Shown: positions 40,101 through 55,000 of the stretch, one piece after another
Numbering within the stretch: the first letter of the stretch is position 1
Layout of the letters: every line of letters begins with the position of its first letter
DNA from: Psilocybe cubensis
Lineage: Eukaryota
Direction of reading: 5' to 3'
NCBI GenBank assembly: GCA_017499595.2
Contig: CM038998.1
Coordinates: forward strand, 3,534,001-3,598,000
Length of the DNA stretch: 64,000 nt
Program-made: the position numbers and the translations under genes
Notes under the pieces: generated by a model
The model's input: only the letters and a program-made list of their open reading frames with translations
Told to the model about the DNA's origin: nothing
Database searches by the model: none

Positions 40101-43100
40101 CGAGGGCGGCGTGGTCCCAGTATTACGAACTTCACGTATGGCAGATAAATAGAAAGGGGTATACTATGTATGGCGTATTGTCAATTGACATTTTCCTTCC
40201 TTCCGTTCTCCGTGATAATAAAGCTGTTGAGAAGACATGGATCGGGGCATGTAACATCGTCCATAGGAAGATTACTTTCTCCAATTAAATGATGCACGAT
40301 AGGCTCGGGATGTAGACGTGAGTTAGTGTCGACCTGTCTACCTAGCCCAAATGACGATGTCGTATGTTGCGTTATTTGACGGGCTCGATGCAGGTGGCTC
40401 CGTCGTACAGGGTGTCAGTGCTAGCGTGCTTGTGAGTTGCGTTCGCGTGATGAACCTAGGCGGAAAGTATATCAGCCTGTTGTAAGCGTTAGTTTGATCA
40501 TATACCCTAGTGATACCCGTACGTTAGCTTGGTGGACGAAAGTCATTGGCAGTGTTGATACACTATCAAATTATATCATATAAGTAACTTTATATTACAT
40601 AGGTAATCCAATCCCCACCTGCTAATCTGTTACGCGACATATGTATACCCCATCCGATGAGAGCGAAGGAGTTGATCACAAGCTTAGCATCCTGTAAAGT
40701 TAGTATATACATCACATTAAATGAACGGATGGTGTGAATTTGCCAATGTCCTCGGGTGGGCCTGTCTAGCTCATCCAGTCAAGGTGTATTTTAGGGCATC
40801 AGCGTAAAGCAGTAGGGTAAGTATTAGAGTAAATACCGAGTTCCCGGCTCGTTGGAAACCAGCTGCTGAATCGGGGAAGCGGCACATTGCACGGCAAGAT
40901 TCGACCAAGTGTATTGTAGATATGGATGGTTATGGACTGACGCTGTCGTCGTTCAAGTAAGCCTTATGTTATCTGTTAAAACGCGGGTAGTGTCGGCGTG
41001 TGGAGAATTTAAAGTTGGACGTGTTTGTGATGATTATCTGAATAACAGAATGGCAAAAGGTTTCATTTACAATTACATGGGTATTTTTGACTGTGGCGAA
41101 TGTATATGAGTTTTACATGTATCGTCGTCACGCGTCTCCTTATTCGCGTTGAAGGAATGATGTGCGCACGAATATAGTAGGATCTCGGGAAAGAGAAAAA
41201 GCTAATGCCAATATACCACAAGCCGCTCAGGGGGGCGGATGGGGGGACCTCCGCACGACGTGGGATTCGGGCGTTTAGTTTGGCAAGCTAATTCTGTGGC
41301 TGAGGTAGGCTCTAGGAGTGATATGGCATGATCAATGTTGAAATAGCACCGTCGTGAAAAAGGAATGGGAAAGGTAAAAAGAACGCATGCATCGAATAAG
41401 TTGGAATGTACGTTTGGAACCCAGTCTTTGGCTATGGTCATCGTTGATCAGCCAATCTTGAATCAATCACCGTGAGTTGCCCCGAGACCCAAGATGGAAT
41501 TGAATGCAAAGTCTATTGAATTGAAGAGGGAAGTTGGATAACTGGTGACAGTTTTTGGAGATAAGTAATTATGCATGACGTGGGTGGATGTTCCAGGCGA
41601 TGGGAAATGAGAGGCGAGAGAATCAACCAGGGAATAGGATTACATAGACAGATTCGGATGTGCCTTGAGTATTGGCTGCGCGTGGGCATTTGGACATGGG
41701 TTCCGTGGTCGTCTGGACATTCGTCGCTGGGAATCAGATGTGGAATGGAAGCTATGTCATCTTTTTCCTTGCTGTGCTATTTGTAGCCATCCCAAGAGAA
41801 GAAGGAAGACGATAGCATTGTTGCACCGATTGTCCAGGGAAACCAAAAATAGGATATAAATGCTCAGCGCACGCAGGACTGCGAAGTTTATTTTTGGGTG
41901 GGTTCCCTGCTAATCCTTACCTCAATGGCGCAATGCCCAGCCAGTAGAAGGTTGCCTGTATTTAGCCCGGAGAAATAAAGAGACTATTGAGACGGATGAG
42001 ACATCATCCACTGAAGAAGGGTAGATAGAGAGTCCCAGCATCGCGATTCCGGACGGGGAGAAGCGGGATGCCTTTGGCTGTGGGAGATCATTGCGATATT
42101 TGGGCCGTTTGCCAATGACTATTCTTCGTGAACAAGAATTTTTTTCTTGCAAGATATGAATCAGATAGAGATAGAACCGCGTAAAGGTTGACAGATACAG
42201 GCAACCAGGGTACACATGGATATGAAAACGTGGTGAAAGGTGAACGCACTCGTCAGTGAGAGAAAGCGTCGTCCACCATTGGCTAAGCGACAACATGAGT
42301 GTGGTAGTGAGCGCAGGGCTCGGATATACTAGAGGATTGCCAGGGTGTGGGGTAGGTAGCCATAGAGCACGGACACGCCTCAGGAGTTATTATTGGCAGT
42401 GTTGCGAATGAAAGAACGGTCAAGGTAATAGTGATGCCGATGGTGGCGTGGTCGAGGGAAGATCGACAGCTAATAGCTATGGGCGTTGTTTATTGCGAAA
42501 ATGATCATGATCATGATCATTTCACTTTGCTTTGCATTGCGTTAATTTTGGGATGGTTGGTGCTGATAAACACTGTGCCAACAAGGATCCCGATGACAGA
42601 CTCAGAGTAAACAAGTAGCAGATACGAGCGAAAACGTATGATGTTGATGTTGATGGTACCGTGAATACCCATGATCCCAGAGGGTGCGATTTTGAAAATT
42701 TCATCAAGGAGAAACTAGTGTAACCGGTAGATAGTAAATGTTAACCCGCAATGATGCTGTGTGATCAAATCGAATGCAATCTTGAACGGAGTCAACGCTT
42801 ACTAGCAGTTGAAGGCCAATTGAACTAGATGACACTGCCATTTTGGGTATCATTCTGAAGCCAGATGATGTATCAGAAGTGGCACTGAAAAACAAACATC
42901 CTAGAATGAGTGGTGGGTCAAGTCGAGAGTGTTGGTCAACCAAATTCAAGTTGATTTCAGAGGTTAAACTGTAGCTGCTGACTAATCCAAACTCTCGTTC
43001 CTGAGTTCCTTTCGCGATGAGGGATTTTTCTTTTTGGACTTGTATTTTTCGCGGTAAATTTCTGTTACTCACCTCTTGACTTCTCGCTCTCAACTGTCGA

Positions 43101-43570
43101 TACAGCAGCTCTACTGAAAAATTTTTGTGTGTTCGTAATTATGATCGATAAGAAGTCGGCACTGCAGCAGTCTTCTTTGGATTTGCCAAATTTGACAAAA
43201 AAGCCCTGAGAGTGATGCAAATGATGGCTGATGCATCGTGACATCGGACGAACTACTAGCTCTTTGTCTGCTTCGCCTACACTAGACGTAGCACCTTGCT
43301 GCTTTCCTTCATATTCCGGTCTTACGGGTCTGTGGCGGTTCGTCGGTACCACTGGTATAGTACATATAGACTTGAATAAACGATACACGAGCCACTTCTG
43401 GGTGTCTGCAAACATCAACAGGACCTGCAAGTGCACACGACGCAAACGACTTGTAGTCCTCTTCTGCTTTAAATTTTGATTGTATCTCGAAGGATAGCCT
43501 CGAGCCGTAGCCCAGTGACTCCCGGGGAAACTCTTATTATCACCACTAGAAATTTAGAACTACGGCGAAG

Positions 43571-45538
43571 ATGGAAGGCGTGTCAATGCAGGAGCTGAAA
43601 GACGCAGGTGTACCATCATCGTCTTCGGGTGCTGGAACGAACCAAGCTCAAGTGGAAAACGCGAATGTAGGGAATTGGACACGGACTCAGGGCTCAGATG
43701 GGGCGGGAGAGGGAGAGGAGGAGGATGTAGATGTAGGGCTGGCCGAGCGGACACTAGTCGACGATCCAACAACAACCACGACGACAAGGGCACATACCCA
43801 TGTAAAAGGGCCCTCTTCGAGCAGTATATCGCTGCCTGTCGGCCCCGATGAGGGCGCAGGCGAAGGCCCGTCGCGGACGTTCGTGTATCAGCCTATGCAT
43901 GTGCCTCAGAAATCAGTGGATAGGGCGGACGGTCACAGTCAGCGGCAGAGTGAGGACCAGCCGCGGACAGCGACGACGGCGGTTACGTGGGATCCTCTGA
44001 AGGCCAACGGGACGGATGATGGGCACGACGGGGAGAAGACACACCGACGGCGGGCTACACAGGACGATACGGTAGTGGTGGAAGACGAAGGGGAGGATGT
44101 GGTGGATTCGAAGGGGAAGTTGCTTTTTGCTGAGGACGACGACGAGGAGAAGAGAGAGGGAGGTGTGGGTGTAGGAGGCATAGCGCCGGCATCTGCGATT
44201 GCACGACGAGCGTCGCACCTCCGTTTAGATCTGAAGCCTACGCCGTCGTCGCCATTGCCCTGGGAGCAGATCGACCCGCCGCCAGATAATAATTCCAAAT
44301 CCATTGCAGGATACTATTCACCAGCTGCCTCCCAGAAGTTTAGGACCTTACAGAGTTCTGGGTGAGTGTTCTTGTAAATTAATTTACAGTCTATGAGCGT
44401 TTTGACACGATTTGTGGATGATTAAATGGGCGGAAGAAGACTGACTGACTGACTGACTTATGCTGTTGTTTTTATTTTTTGCATTTAGTGGTGGCCCGCG
44501 TTCGCTGATACCCAAATCGTCATATTATTTTGGACCTCCTGCGCCAGACTCTGCCTATGGCACGGCCCCGGTAGGACAGATTGGAGTGCACCATCCTCGA
44601 GAAATTCTGAGAGTTGAAAGAGATTATACGGGCGGGGAGGTGATACAATTCGCGCCAATCTATCCTCTAGAGCTGGAAGGCAGGGTGAGTTTGTGTCTTT
44701 CGTTTCTTTTCGTTCTGTTTTGCTTTTCCCGAATTACGATTTGGCTTGCTGTTTGATTTTTCAATTTTATCTCTACTGGTTTTGCTTTTTGACTTTGAAC
44801 TTCTCGGCACGGCAACTAAACGCTTGTGTCTATCTATCTGTCCATCTAACTTGACCGAACGACCGCCAACTTACATACTTGCGATTCCCCCTTGTAGATA
44901 ACGCCGACGCACTTCCTGGAGTCGATCAACGCGATCAACGAGTTGCTGATATCGGCGCATAGTCTGCGGCACTCTCTTGTGGATAATATGCTAGCGATTT
45001 TCAGTCTGCAGATCTCGAAGCTGTTTGTCAAGTCTCATTTTGAAAAGGTGGGTGTTTCCTTTATCTATGTCTAGATTATTTCTTTGTGCCCTGTTTCTCT
45101 TGTTGTGGCCAATATCCTATTTCTCCGTTATCAGTCTGCTGAGGATGTTATTTTCAATTTCGTGTGGAGTTTACGACCAAAAAGAGTGCGATATGCTAAC
45201 GAGTTTACTTATATGTCCAGGAGATGATAAGGCTTCGGGCACTGATAGACCAATTAAATGCCGAGCTGTATAATCCCGTGGGGCTCAATATCTTGTGGCC
45301 ACAAAACGTGGCGTTTCTATATGTACGTGGCTCAATTCCCAAATTTATTTACCTTTCGATCGTGCTTTGTCCATCGTTGCTGATCGTGGATTCGTGTTTT
45401 TTGTCTCTCGTGTCTCCGTTGTTGCGGTTTTGAATTTTATGCAGTTGGAGATCGAGTACTACGTCAGTGTTTCCTTTCCTTTCCTCTCTCTTGTTGCATG
45501 GTGTATTGATGGATCAATCATGGTTTCGCGTACAGTGA
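43571..45538 (+). CDS. ERF4: ERF4/Golgin-A7 family palmitoyltransferase accessory subunit with a long disordered N-terminus; multi-exon
   Basis: RVERDYTGGEVIQFAPIYPLELEGR|ITPTHFLESINAINELL...|EMIRLRALIDQLNAELYNPVGLNILWP...|LEIEYY; start codon uncertain; stop probably in a separate terminal exon. Confidence 0.8.
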
Positions 45539-46779
45539 ATGTCCGTTGTTTTGTTGATGGATTTGTTTTCTGTTTTCGTGCCGATGGACCGAACAACGTT
45601 TCGTGCAGAAGCTTTGGGGGAAACCCAGGGTCGGAGATTGTAGGCGATTCGAACTCTCACAATTGTGTTTCTGTATTTGGGGACGACTGCCGAGGTTGGA
45701 ATGCTAGGAATCAATGATTGTGGTTTGGGGGAGAATGTCGATCCATGAATTGGACTCCTGGATTTCCCCTCGGAAGTCGGAGGTACTTGGTGTGGGAGAG
45801 TGGGTGTAATGGAGAGGCGCTCTTTTTTGGGATGATTGCATGCATTGTTATGGTCTTTCGTATTATCTGATAAGTGATTGTTTTACTCTTATGGTGTAAT
45901 ATTATAATGGTTAGGGATGCGGAGCAGACGCGGTATATATGTTTTCGAAAGCGCAGGCACCAAGGAAACACAGACATACATAAGTGATTGGCAGGTACTT
46001 GGTGAGATAGAGACCGGTGCTCCGACTCGAGTGATTCTCGAACGTCAACTGACATACGCAGGGGAGATTGATACATAGAAACATTAGAGTGTTTGTGTAT
46101 TTTTGAGACCGCGTATGTGGCGGAGATAGCTCGGGGGGGAGTATGTTTTAAGCGCGGTGAATCCACTATGAACGCACGACTGGAGACTGGCTGTTTCTGT
46201 TGTCGGCTCCTTGATGGGTGGTGGTTTGACCATTGGTGCTCGAGTCAGAGTTAAGTATGCCGATCAGTGGGGGAGACAGAGACAGGCGCCGTGAATGGCG
46301 GAAAGGCCAAGACATAATCAAGCTGATGTACATTGTATTATTAGGCTTGTTTGCGGTCACTGACGGGGACCCTATCTAACCGCCAGCGGAACGCACGAGC
46401 CGGGGGGTTTCTTTCCTCTTCACAGCCAGACACCCTTCGTATCCCTGGCCAAAGCATGGCCATGAACGAGGAGCTGCGTGTTGGTGATGGAGCGGAATGT
46501 TATATAAATTCCGGGTATGAGGGTCTGCATTAAATCGATGGGCGGTGTCATGCGCATTCGCCGGGTTACTTAACAGGGCAACGCGTACTTCGGCCAAAAC
46601 GGTCCCATTCACGTGATCTCTTTCATTTGTGCTTGGTAATATAATTGGTTTGTGATTGTTTCACAGTTTCTTACCCACTCGCCCTCTGCTCGTCGCCATT
46701 TCTTTTGCTCTGCTCATCGTCAACTCCATTCTCCTTCCCCATTTCTCTCCCCGCCGACCCTCCCTACACCACCCAAGCC

Positions 46780-48766
46780 ATGGACGCCTTCCCTGAAGTT
46801 ACTCCTCTGTGGGATCTTTCCCAGAGCGTGGACATTAATCAGCTTCCCGACAACGATTTCCTCGCCCTTCTCCAGAAGCAGTTCCCAACCGACAACAGTG
46901 GCTACAACTTCATGGCGCCCTTCACAGACGGCATTAACCCACAGAGCATCACCCCCTTCGAACTTCCCAGTCTCACTCCCCCTTCAGAGGACAGTAGTCC
47001 AAGTCCACCCAACTCCAATCAGGACGGCGGCGGCAACGACGATGTCCCAGAAACAGCCCTCAAACGCAAGGCCAGCGATGAGGACTTCTCAGACGACGGC
47101 CCTACCACCAAATCTCAGCACACAGGTGAGTGCCACTGCGCTATTCTGCGTTATCAGTCTGCTTATTAATCCATATTTTGGCACAGGCAACGACAAGAAA
47201 TCGAGTTCAGGTAACTCCAGGCGCAAGTCTACGGGCGGAAATGGCAACGTGAGTGCCCTGGGCCATCTGAAAAGGTGATAAAGAGATTGAAAAATCAATT
47301 CGATGTCTAGAACAAGGATGAGGGCCGTCTTATGAAGCGCAAAGAGCAGAATCGGGCAGCACAGCGGGCGTTCAGAGAGAGAAAGGAAAAGCATGTCAAG
47401 GATGTACGTTCTTCTTTCATGGGAAAGTCGGGATTTTATCAATTCTTATCATTTTTGATCATTTTCAGCTCGAAGACAAGGTTGCCGACCTTGAAGCAAA
47501 GAACGAGCAGGCACTGCACGAGAATGAGAACCTCAGAGATTTGCTGACCCGACTGCAAACCGAAAACGTAGCTCTCAAGCAGAGCTCGTTCACCTTCACT
47601 ATGCCCAAGGCCGCAAGTACTAATGGGGACTCGTCAAATACTCCACAGTCCACCTTCTCTTCGATTTCCTCACCTCAGTCCGCAGCATCCCCGTTGGCGG
47701 GATCGTCCAAGAACACTAATCCTATCGATTGGAGTTCCTTGACCACCTTTGATCCTGCTGTTCTCAATCTTTTGGACGACAGTGTTCCTCAGCCGACGGC
47801 TACGGAGGGTGCCATGCAGATGGACTTTGGCTTCGGTGCGACCTCGGGCACCGGCCTTGCCTCTAATGCTCCATATACTTCCATTGCCAGCAACCCCATG
47901 TTTATGTCCTTTGCATCTACCTTTGATAACCCAGCGAGCCCTACACCCTCTGCATCTGGCACGACGACCAATTTCAATCAGATGAATATGAACTTTGATA
48001 TGAACAATCTTTCCACATGGAGCACTCCTTCGAACTCCCAGGACACGATTCTTGATGATCTGTTCTCGGGCTATTTGTCCTCGACGGGACAGATGGATAT
48101 GTCGCTGCTCGGCCAGTCGCCGGCGTCGTCGCTCAGCCCTGTAGCCCATCATGTTTCACCGCCGAATGCAAACTCAACCAGCAGCAGCAATAACAACACA
48201 TTGAACAATGCTCGATCTCCTGTTGCTTCATCTTCTTCATCCTCATCGTCACCGTCTGTTTTAGGTACTTCTTCGCTGGTATTTACACCGCGCGACTCGC
48301 CTGCTTCATCGGCATCCACACCCGCCTCGGACACTAACAAGACGAGCAGTTTGCCGATTCACAGCGAGGATACATGTCCGCGGACGAGAAAGGAGCTAGA
48401 GAAACGGATTGCAAGCGAGGGTGCGTCGCCGTTTGCGCCGCCTGTAAATGTGCGTAAGAGCTCGGATTCCGTATTGGGCACCATGATTGCGTGCTCGGGG
48501 TCGAGTTTCCCCACGACAGCCAAAAGCGATAAGAATATTGAAGTGTTAAGCGCCTGGAGGAGTATTAGAGCAGATCCCAAGTTCAAGGTTTGTTTTTCTT
48601 TCATTTTTTGAGAATCATTTCGCTGACTTTTTTCTCCCTTCAGGATGCCGACATCAATGCGCTATGTTCAGAGTTCACGAGCAAGGCACGATGCGATGGC
48701 ACCAAGGTTGTGCTCGAACCGCAAGGGGTGCATTCAATATTAGAAAATCTATCTAAGAAGCAGTAG
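46780..48766 (+). CDS. YAP1: AP-1-like bZIP oxidative-stress transcription factor (Yap1/Pap1 family)
   Basis: KRKEQNRAAQRAFRERKEKHVKD|LEDKVADL basic zipper; C-terminal Cys-rich PAP1 domain DINALCSEFTSKARCDG; TAG at 48764-48766. Confidence 0.88.
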
Positions 48767-51700
48767 CCGACCTAGACCTTCCTGCTTCGTCGACTTCGAC
48801 GATATCGGGTTGCAGGATTCCAGTATCTTTATTTTCGTTGCTTTCTTCAAGATCAATGGTTAAGGTCCCTCACAACTGCTGCGATGGTGTTTTTTGTTTC
48901 TTTTTTTTACACCTGTCGGTCCCCTCAAAACAAAAAGAAATGGTTCATGGTTTACGACCTCTCCGGAGAGAAAGAGGATGGTTTATGCTTTACCCTCAAT
49001 CTTCTCCGTCTTGTCTCGTCTCGTCTCGTCTGTGGATTCAGGACGTTGCACTCCAATGTGCTCGCAATCTAGTCAAAGCCTCGCGGCTGTGCAGGACGAG
49101 AAGGAAAGGAGCTAGGGCGTCGGACCACTTATAGAGCTCTTCAATACCCAAGACGACAAAGAGTTATGGGGTAGGAAGTATGGTTTGGGAATGACGGAAT
49201 GGGGAATGAAAGCGAGAGACGAAAGGGCAGCATTGGCGCCTCTCAATCAGGCGCGACGGCAACCAGCTTGTTGTAGCTGGTGCATGCAGGCACCTGAAAC
49301 TGTGTGCCTTTGGCTCTCTCGATCTTTTTTTCGGCTCCGCTCTCTTGCTCCTTCCTCAAGATATCTATGCTGAGGATATCTTCTTTCCTCATTTTCTTTC
49401 TCTTCTATCTCTTCTCCGTTCCTCTGATTCGTCTTACCCTGTTCTTATTGTGTGCGTTCTTTTCCTTTCGTTTTTACTTAGCATTGATATCTCGTTGTTT
49501 GTTTTCACCTCACGGTTCACTTTTCTTTCTCAAAACTTGACTGACTGATTGTCTGAAATCTCAATACTCTTTGTATCAACTACGTACGCGCGTTTGCCCG
49601 CCTTGTGTGTCTACAAATTACTTACCATATCGTATATAACAAGATACTTTTTATCACTTTGCCCCCACTCTCCTGTCCTGTTCTGCCCTTGTTGTATCCT
49701 TTGTTCTGTGTCCGGTTCTTCGATATCTCTTTTTCTTTGACACCGTCTCAGATCCCTCTCTTTACTAGCGTTCGAAACACAACATGGACGATGCCGGCGC
49801 GTTGGTATCGAGAAAATTGGCTACATTGGTATTACACTGGCCATTTGTTTTCTGTACTATTTTACAAGTTCAAAAGATAACGAATCTTTCAAGGTTGAAG
49901 TCTTGTTCAGATTGCGTCAGGCTTGTATCATCATTTGTCCTTGTGTTGTTGCAGTAATTGATGACCGCAAGTACTAGTTCTCTTTTGTCATGCACTTGCA
50001 TTCTAAGTTTGCGACCCCACTATGACCCCACTACACGATTTCATTTTCTGAAGTGATACTTTGCGACAATGATGACGTTGGTGGTGTTGACAGCGACGCT
50101 GGGTTGACGTTGTTCTGCCTAAATTCATCTCCTCTTCTGCATGTCTCGAGTCTGCTTTTTCTTAACTTCTCCTGTGTCTGGCTTACTGCATTTTCTTCTC
50201 ATTGGCCCCTGGTCTCATGTCTATTTTTCTGCCAAATGTCTGATAACTTTGTCTGTCATTGGAGATTTTGGGTTGGCCGTCGGGCATCCAATTTTCGCCC
50301 GCTGTCAGGTCGTGCTCGGAGCTTGTAAATGCCCTGGCTTCTTACTCATAAGGTTCGAGGCACAACACACATCTATGACAGTATACTTTTACATGTTTGG
50401 GTACTGGGGTAATGATTTCTGTGGATGATTTTGCAAGACTAGTCCGACAGCGGAGCATTATGGGAACCTTTTTTATACATCTTTGGCAATCTAGGATTTC
50501 TTTGGGGGGAAGCGAAGCTTTAGGCAAGGCACGGATGTTTGGCTCCGTGGTGTCGTGTTCAATGTCTTTTCATTGGCTTTCCTTCCTAGTACTCGTGGAT
50601 GCCTTCCTTGAGTCCCTATTGGCCGTTTAAAGAACGCATGGGTCCTGGGATTTTGCGATTTTATTTCTATTTCTGCGTGTTGGTAGAGTTCAGTCCTTCC
50701 TGATCCTGTTGAAGAGGCTTCGATTCTGACAATATAATCAATTGAACACGGTTGTACGCTTCTTTAAGCTCGTAGCTTCTTCCTGAGACTACCTGGACCC
50801 TTGGACCCTCTTCTCCACCTGAGAACGACGGAAGGGGCTCCTGCCTATCTGTATCCCTCTAGAACTCTGTCGCTCGCTTCTGGCTTCTTAATATTATTGT
50901 GCGCTGATTGTTGGTGTCTTGTTGTTTCGAAACCATTCATTTTGCTCCTTAGAGATGCTTTTCCCTTGGGGTTCCATTTTTTTCTTTTCTTGCTTTGGAT
51001 GAGCTTTACCCTGCACCTGCGCTTACTTTGTGCCTGATAAGGCGAGGCTCAACCTACTGCCTATGGCCTTCTATCTCTTGTGATTTTTTTCTGTTGTCTA
51101 GGCCAATTGAATTCCGGTCCTTGGCCAGTACTGCGTATACTGAATAGATACAAGAGATGGGATTCTTCTACGTGAAAAAGTGGATCCGGCTTCAAATTAC
51201 CCATGATGACTACTGTCTGCTTTCGTACACTCATTAGCATATTCAAAAATGTCAAAAATGTTGAGTTCAATGGTTCACTTTCACCGGCCACCCTTCACCG
51301 TGCCAATTTACCGGGGCGCTTCGAGCTTGACATGTCCATGTCCTTGTCCATCCATGCCCACTCCACTCCATTGCAGTTCAATAACTCAATAACGTTACAA
51401 ACTGGCAATCATCACTCAGGTTCACAGAGTCAATGTTGATATGTACTTACCGTGAACGATTAATGTGAACAGCTCAGGTTCGTGCTAGGTGCGTAACAAG
51501 TGTGTGCATGTGCACGTCGGTGTGGCGCGCTTGGAATAAGGATTGTCCTTCAAGCGATCCAAACGTCACAATCGGTCAGATCGCCAGCTTTCTACGACAG
51601 ACGTTGGCGAACTCTCTTCCGCCGGTATCGCAATGTACATAAATCAAGTTAGGTTCAAGCCTTCAAGGTTCCTTACATATTTTTTTGGCAATGGCAGCGG

Positions 51701-52035
51701 CGTAGTGTGGTGGCGGCCATGCTCGGTAACTGCATTTTTAGAGTGTATTGGTGACCAATGAAACAAGCGTTGATCATTCAGTTCTTGTCCTACGTACAAA
51801 AGCAGAAAAAAGAAAAAACCAAAAGGGCCTTTAAAATACATATTCGAAGCAGGTTTACAGAGAGATTGTAATGGAGAGAAAAGCATAATATATACGATAC
51901 GGAGTTCCAAAGAAGACAACAGCGACAGCCTTCGAAAGGACAGAAGAAACAAGGATGAGATTATACCGAATGAAGGTAGAAGAAACAGCAACCAGCCAAG
52001 AATCCAAAAAAATTCATGAGTTGTCAAGAAACATT

Positions 52036-55000
52036 TCACTCTTCGTCGCTGGGTGTGAGGTATTCCTCGTCGCTGAGGACTTGTTTCCTACCAGTGCTTC
52101 GACCGCGAGTGGGCGGCGGTGGGCGCTCGTCGTCGTCCATGGGAGTCAAGGCCGAAGCATACGAGCCTGTCGCAGAGCCTGTACCTGGTGCGGGGGGCGC
52201 ACCGGGAAGGTCACTGCCTACAATGATCCTGTCCCAAGCAGCGTTGAAGACCTTCTCCATCTCTTCGGCGTCAATGTAGACCCACGATCCTTCCTGGTTG
52301 TACGTCCTCGCGTTGTTGAACATCAAATGGAAGTCGTCTCGGAAAGTCATCACGGATTTGTAATAGTTTGAGCTAGCGCGTTTTCGGAGAATGGACAAGG
52401 CCATGGGAACTTTGATGAGCTGGTAGTAATCAGGATAGTCCTAGTGGTGTTGGTTAGAGGGAGTAGGGGTTGATTGTAATCGAAGAAGCAAACTTACTCG
52501 ACGATCAGGAGGTTCGCGGAAGAGTTCGCAGCGTTTTCGACCAGTCTCGTCTTCACAGGCTTGAACAGCACGGTAGCATTCCATAAACGCCTTCTTCATC
52601 TTCTCGCGCATGGCTGGAGGCACTTCTGGACCGTTATCCTTGCCATTCGTCTTCGTCTTGCGTCGTTTCTGAAAGATAGACAGTCAGTATTTAGTACCAT
52701 ACTGGGAAAATGAATCCGCTACTCTTACGATCTCATGGTCATCGTCGTCGTCATCGTCAATTTCAGGGGTGACAGACATCGATTTGACACCACGTTTACG
52801 TTTAGAGCCAGTGCCAGGCTCATAATCGTTGGCTTTGTTCTTGCCCTTCTTGGGTTTGCGACCACGTCCATCGAGAACATCTGAGGATGGGGTATTCCGA
52901 CCAGAAACGTCCTCCTTCAGGAGCTTGTTCTGGGCGCGACGCTCCTTTTTATCGCGAGCACGTTCTGTGAGTTCTTGAATATCCTCGCCCTCTTCAAGAG
53001 CCTTGAGGATACATTTAGCAAATCAAAATTTAAACAAGTTGAATAAAAAACGTACCATCGCCCAAGCGTCATCACTGAGCCCATCGTTATAACTAACAAC
53101 GTTCCTACGACGCTGTCCACGTCCTTCATTGATCTCGTCCGCCTCCTTGACCTCGAACGGTTGGTCGGTCTGATAGCATTCCGGTAGTTCCTCCAACTGG
53201 ATGAGTGGTTGGGGTGGCTTGCCTCGGTTGCCGGCCGCGCGCCAGTTCTCGATGATATCTCGCTCGCGCTTGGCATCCATCTCACGGAAAATGGCGTTCT
53301 CCTCTTCATTACGCGCGATGATCTCGTTCAACTCTTCATCATTCATATCACCTGCTTCTTCATTTTCTTCTTCTTGATCGGCTTCCAAAATGGATCGCTA
53401 AAAAAATAAATGACTGGGTTAACGAGGGTAAAAGCAAGATGAAAAGGGACAGAAGCGCACCAAGAATTCTTCCTGTTCTTCTTGCGTTGACTTGTTATCG
53501 AAGCGACCGGCCTGGATGACTTTGTCGTCGATATCGAGCTTGTACCGTGCACGTTGATACATAGCTTCTTCAACACTCTTCTCTGTGATGAACCTCAGGA
53601 TGAGCACAACCTGGGTCTGACCGATACGATGCGCACGATCCTGAGCCTGGAGATCGGCGTGTGGGTTCCAATCACTGTCGAAGCTGTTATAAAAATAGAC
53701 AAATTAGATAGACTGCGAGTTGTAGGTGCATATGTGAAAGTTAGATATACTAACATGATGACGGTATCAGCTGTCTGAAGATTCAGACCGAGACCTCCGG
53801 CTCTGGTTGAGAGAATGAAGACTTTGTACTCGGAGTCCTTAGCGTTAAACAGCTGCACAAAGGAGGCACGTTCTTCGGTTTTGGTTCCACCGTCGAGACG
53901 GAGATACTTCCAACCCATCATCTTCAAAAAGTCCTCCATTATGTCCATTACTTTTGTCATCTGGAAGAAGATAAGGACCTGCAGGATAAAAACTTAATTA
54001 TTTATGCTTTTGTGCAGCATAAGTATGAACACGCACTCTGTGATTCGTAGCAAAGAATTTAGGTAGGATACGATTCAGCAGTTCGATCTTGCCCGATGTT
54101 CTGATAAGCTTGTCGTCGATATAACCACCGGGACTAATTTTATCTTCCACACTCTCAAACAAGAATGGATGTTGACAAATTTTGCGCAGTTGCATGAGCT
54201 CATTGCTCAGACCTTTGACACTAAGGCAAAACGTCAGCACGACAATAATACATGTGGATAAAAATATCCAAAGCACAAACCCTTTCGAATCTTTGCCATC
54301 GGCGATCATCTTGTGTTTCTTCATCTGCTTGTACAGCTGGCTTTGCAAAGCAGACATTCTGATCTTGATCACCTTTTCCACCTTATCCGGCAGCTCGCTC
54401 TCCACATCTTTCTTCAGACGACGCAGCAGGAAAGGCCGGAGCACTTTATGCAGACGCCTGATGATAAGCAGGGCCTCTTCTTCGTTTAGCTCGATCTTGT
54501 CGCCCGTGCCCGAGTTGGCGAAAGGAGTGTTGAACCATTCGTCGAACGACTTGACCGAGTTGAAGATCTTGGGTAACACGAAATTGAGCAGTGCCCACAA
54601 TTCAGGAAGGTTGTTCTGCAGAGGGGTACCGGTCAGGAGAAGGCGGTAGCGCGAGTGGTAATACGTTGTAAGAGTTTGTGTGAGTTTACTCTGGGTATTC
54701 TTCATACGATGACCTTCGTCTGTTAAGATGTGCGTGTCCACAGGTAAGTACAAGTACGATGAAACGATGATGCACATTATACGAACCGACTATCATATGC
54801 AACCATTTTATCTTACTGAGATGAGGCCGATCCTTGATGATGTACTCGTAGGTTGTTAACAAAACCTGGAAATGTCCGACACGGAGATCTCCTTGCAATG
54901 CGCGACGTTGTGCAGGATTGCCTTTGTAGGCTACAACTTTTACGTTGGGAGCCCACTTGGCGAACTCTCCAGACCAATTCGTCATGGTTGATAGCGGGAC

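Noticed and set aside
42499-42522. 24-bp perfect palindrome AA(ATGATC)3ATTT
   Set aside because: Simple tandem repeat of a self-complementary unit; no TIR/TSD context.
48800-52000. Hydrophobic Phe/Leu-rich short ORFs downstream of YAP1
   Set aside because: Translation artefacts of T/C-rich 3'UTR or intergenic DNA.
54221-54280. Hydrophobic 20-aa insert in the SNF2 ATPase ORF
   Set aside because: A stop-free 60-nt GT-AG intron with a CTGAC branch point, not a TM segment.
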